DNA from: a virus
Length of the DNA: 64,000 bases
Strand: one strand, 5' to 3'
Virus record (IMG/VR): IMGVR_UViG_3300017991_000060
Span: 53,866-117,865 of that record
Positions 63,970 through 64,000 of this stretch are shown piece after piece (the stretch's first letter is position 1; each line of letters opens with the position of its first letter). Below the pieces are notes generated by a model, which ran no database searches, was not told the DNA's origin, and saw only the letters and a list, made by a program, of their open reading frames with translations. The position numbers were made by a program, and so were the translations under genes.

Positions 63970-63985
63970 CTACGTGATCGGTCAG
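63970..63985 (-). repeat. Class B motif
   Basis: CTGACCG ATCAC GTAG AGAGGAG. Confidence 0.82.
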
Positions 63986-64000
63986 GCCGCCCCGGAGGGC

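Noticed and set aside
55587-63985. CRISPR array, or IS/MITE ends, for the repeated early motifs
   Set aside because: The cores are 7-8 bp, are separated by whole genes of variable length, and show no cas, no transposase and no target-site duplications.
1-63999. Alternative genetic code (TAG or TGA recoding)
   Set aside because: Conserved genes (terL, portal, MCP, sheath, UvrD) are full length under the standard code.

Overview
The window is part of a large, GC-rich (about two-thirds G+C by eye) myovirus genome with a T4-like virion gene set. Almost all genes lie on the minus strand. Reading along transcription (right to left), there is first an early/accessory region (about 55.6-64 kb) of small ORFs, many Cys-rich, and two different PP-loop (PAPS-reductase/DndC-like) enzymes. 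Next come a plus-strand HNH gene, terminase large subunit, portal and a MuF-like head protein. An embedded non-structural island follows (RusA, a sigma70-driven Gam-like plus alphaCTD-like operon, UvrD helicase). Then come tail fibres, large putative internal head proteins, prohead protease, scaffold, major capsid, neck, sheath, tube, chaperones, tape measure and baseplate, which runs off the left edge. The most striking unannotated signals are non-coding. (1) A complete type II hammerhead ribozyme fills an intergenic gap of the early operon (61349-61406). (2) Nine intergenic copies of a CGGTCAG/CTGACCG core occur in two fixed-spacing arrangements that mark gene ends and gene starts across the early region. 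(3) A pseudoknotted, RBS-sequestering, HDV-like leader at 37.3 kb is preceded by a uORF that copies 29 bp of the downstream gene; it also carries 17 nt antisense to another gene's RBS. At protein level, head-associated proteins look like polyproteins punctuated by [LIM]-x-E protease sites, and one beta-module is reused in capsid, sheath and baseplate proteins. Family calls come from motif recognition only; no database searches were run.
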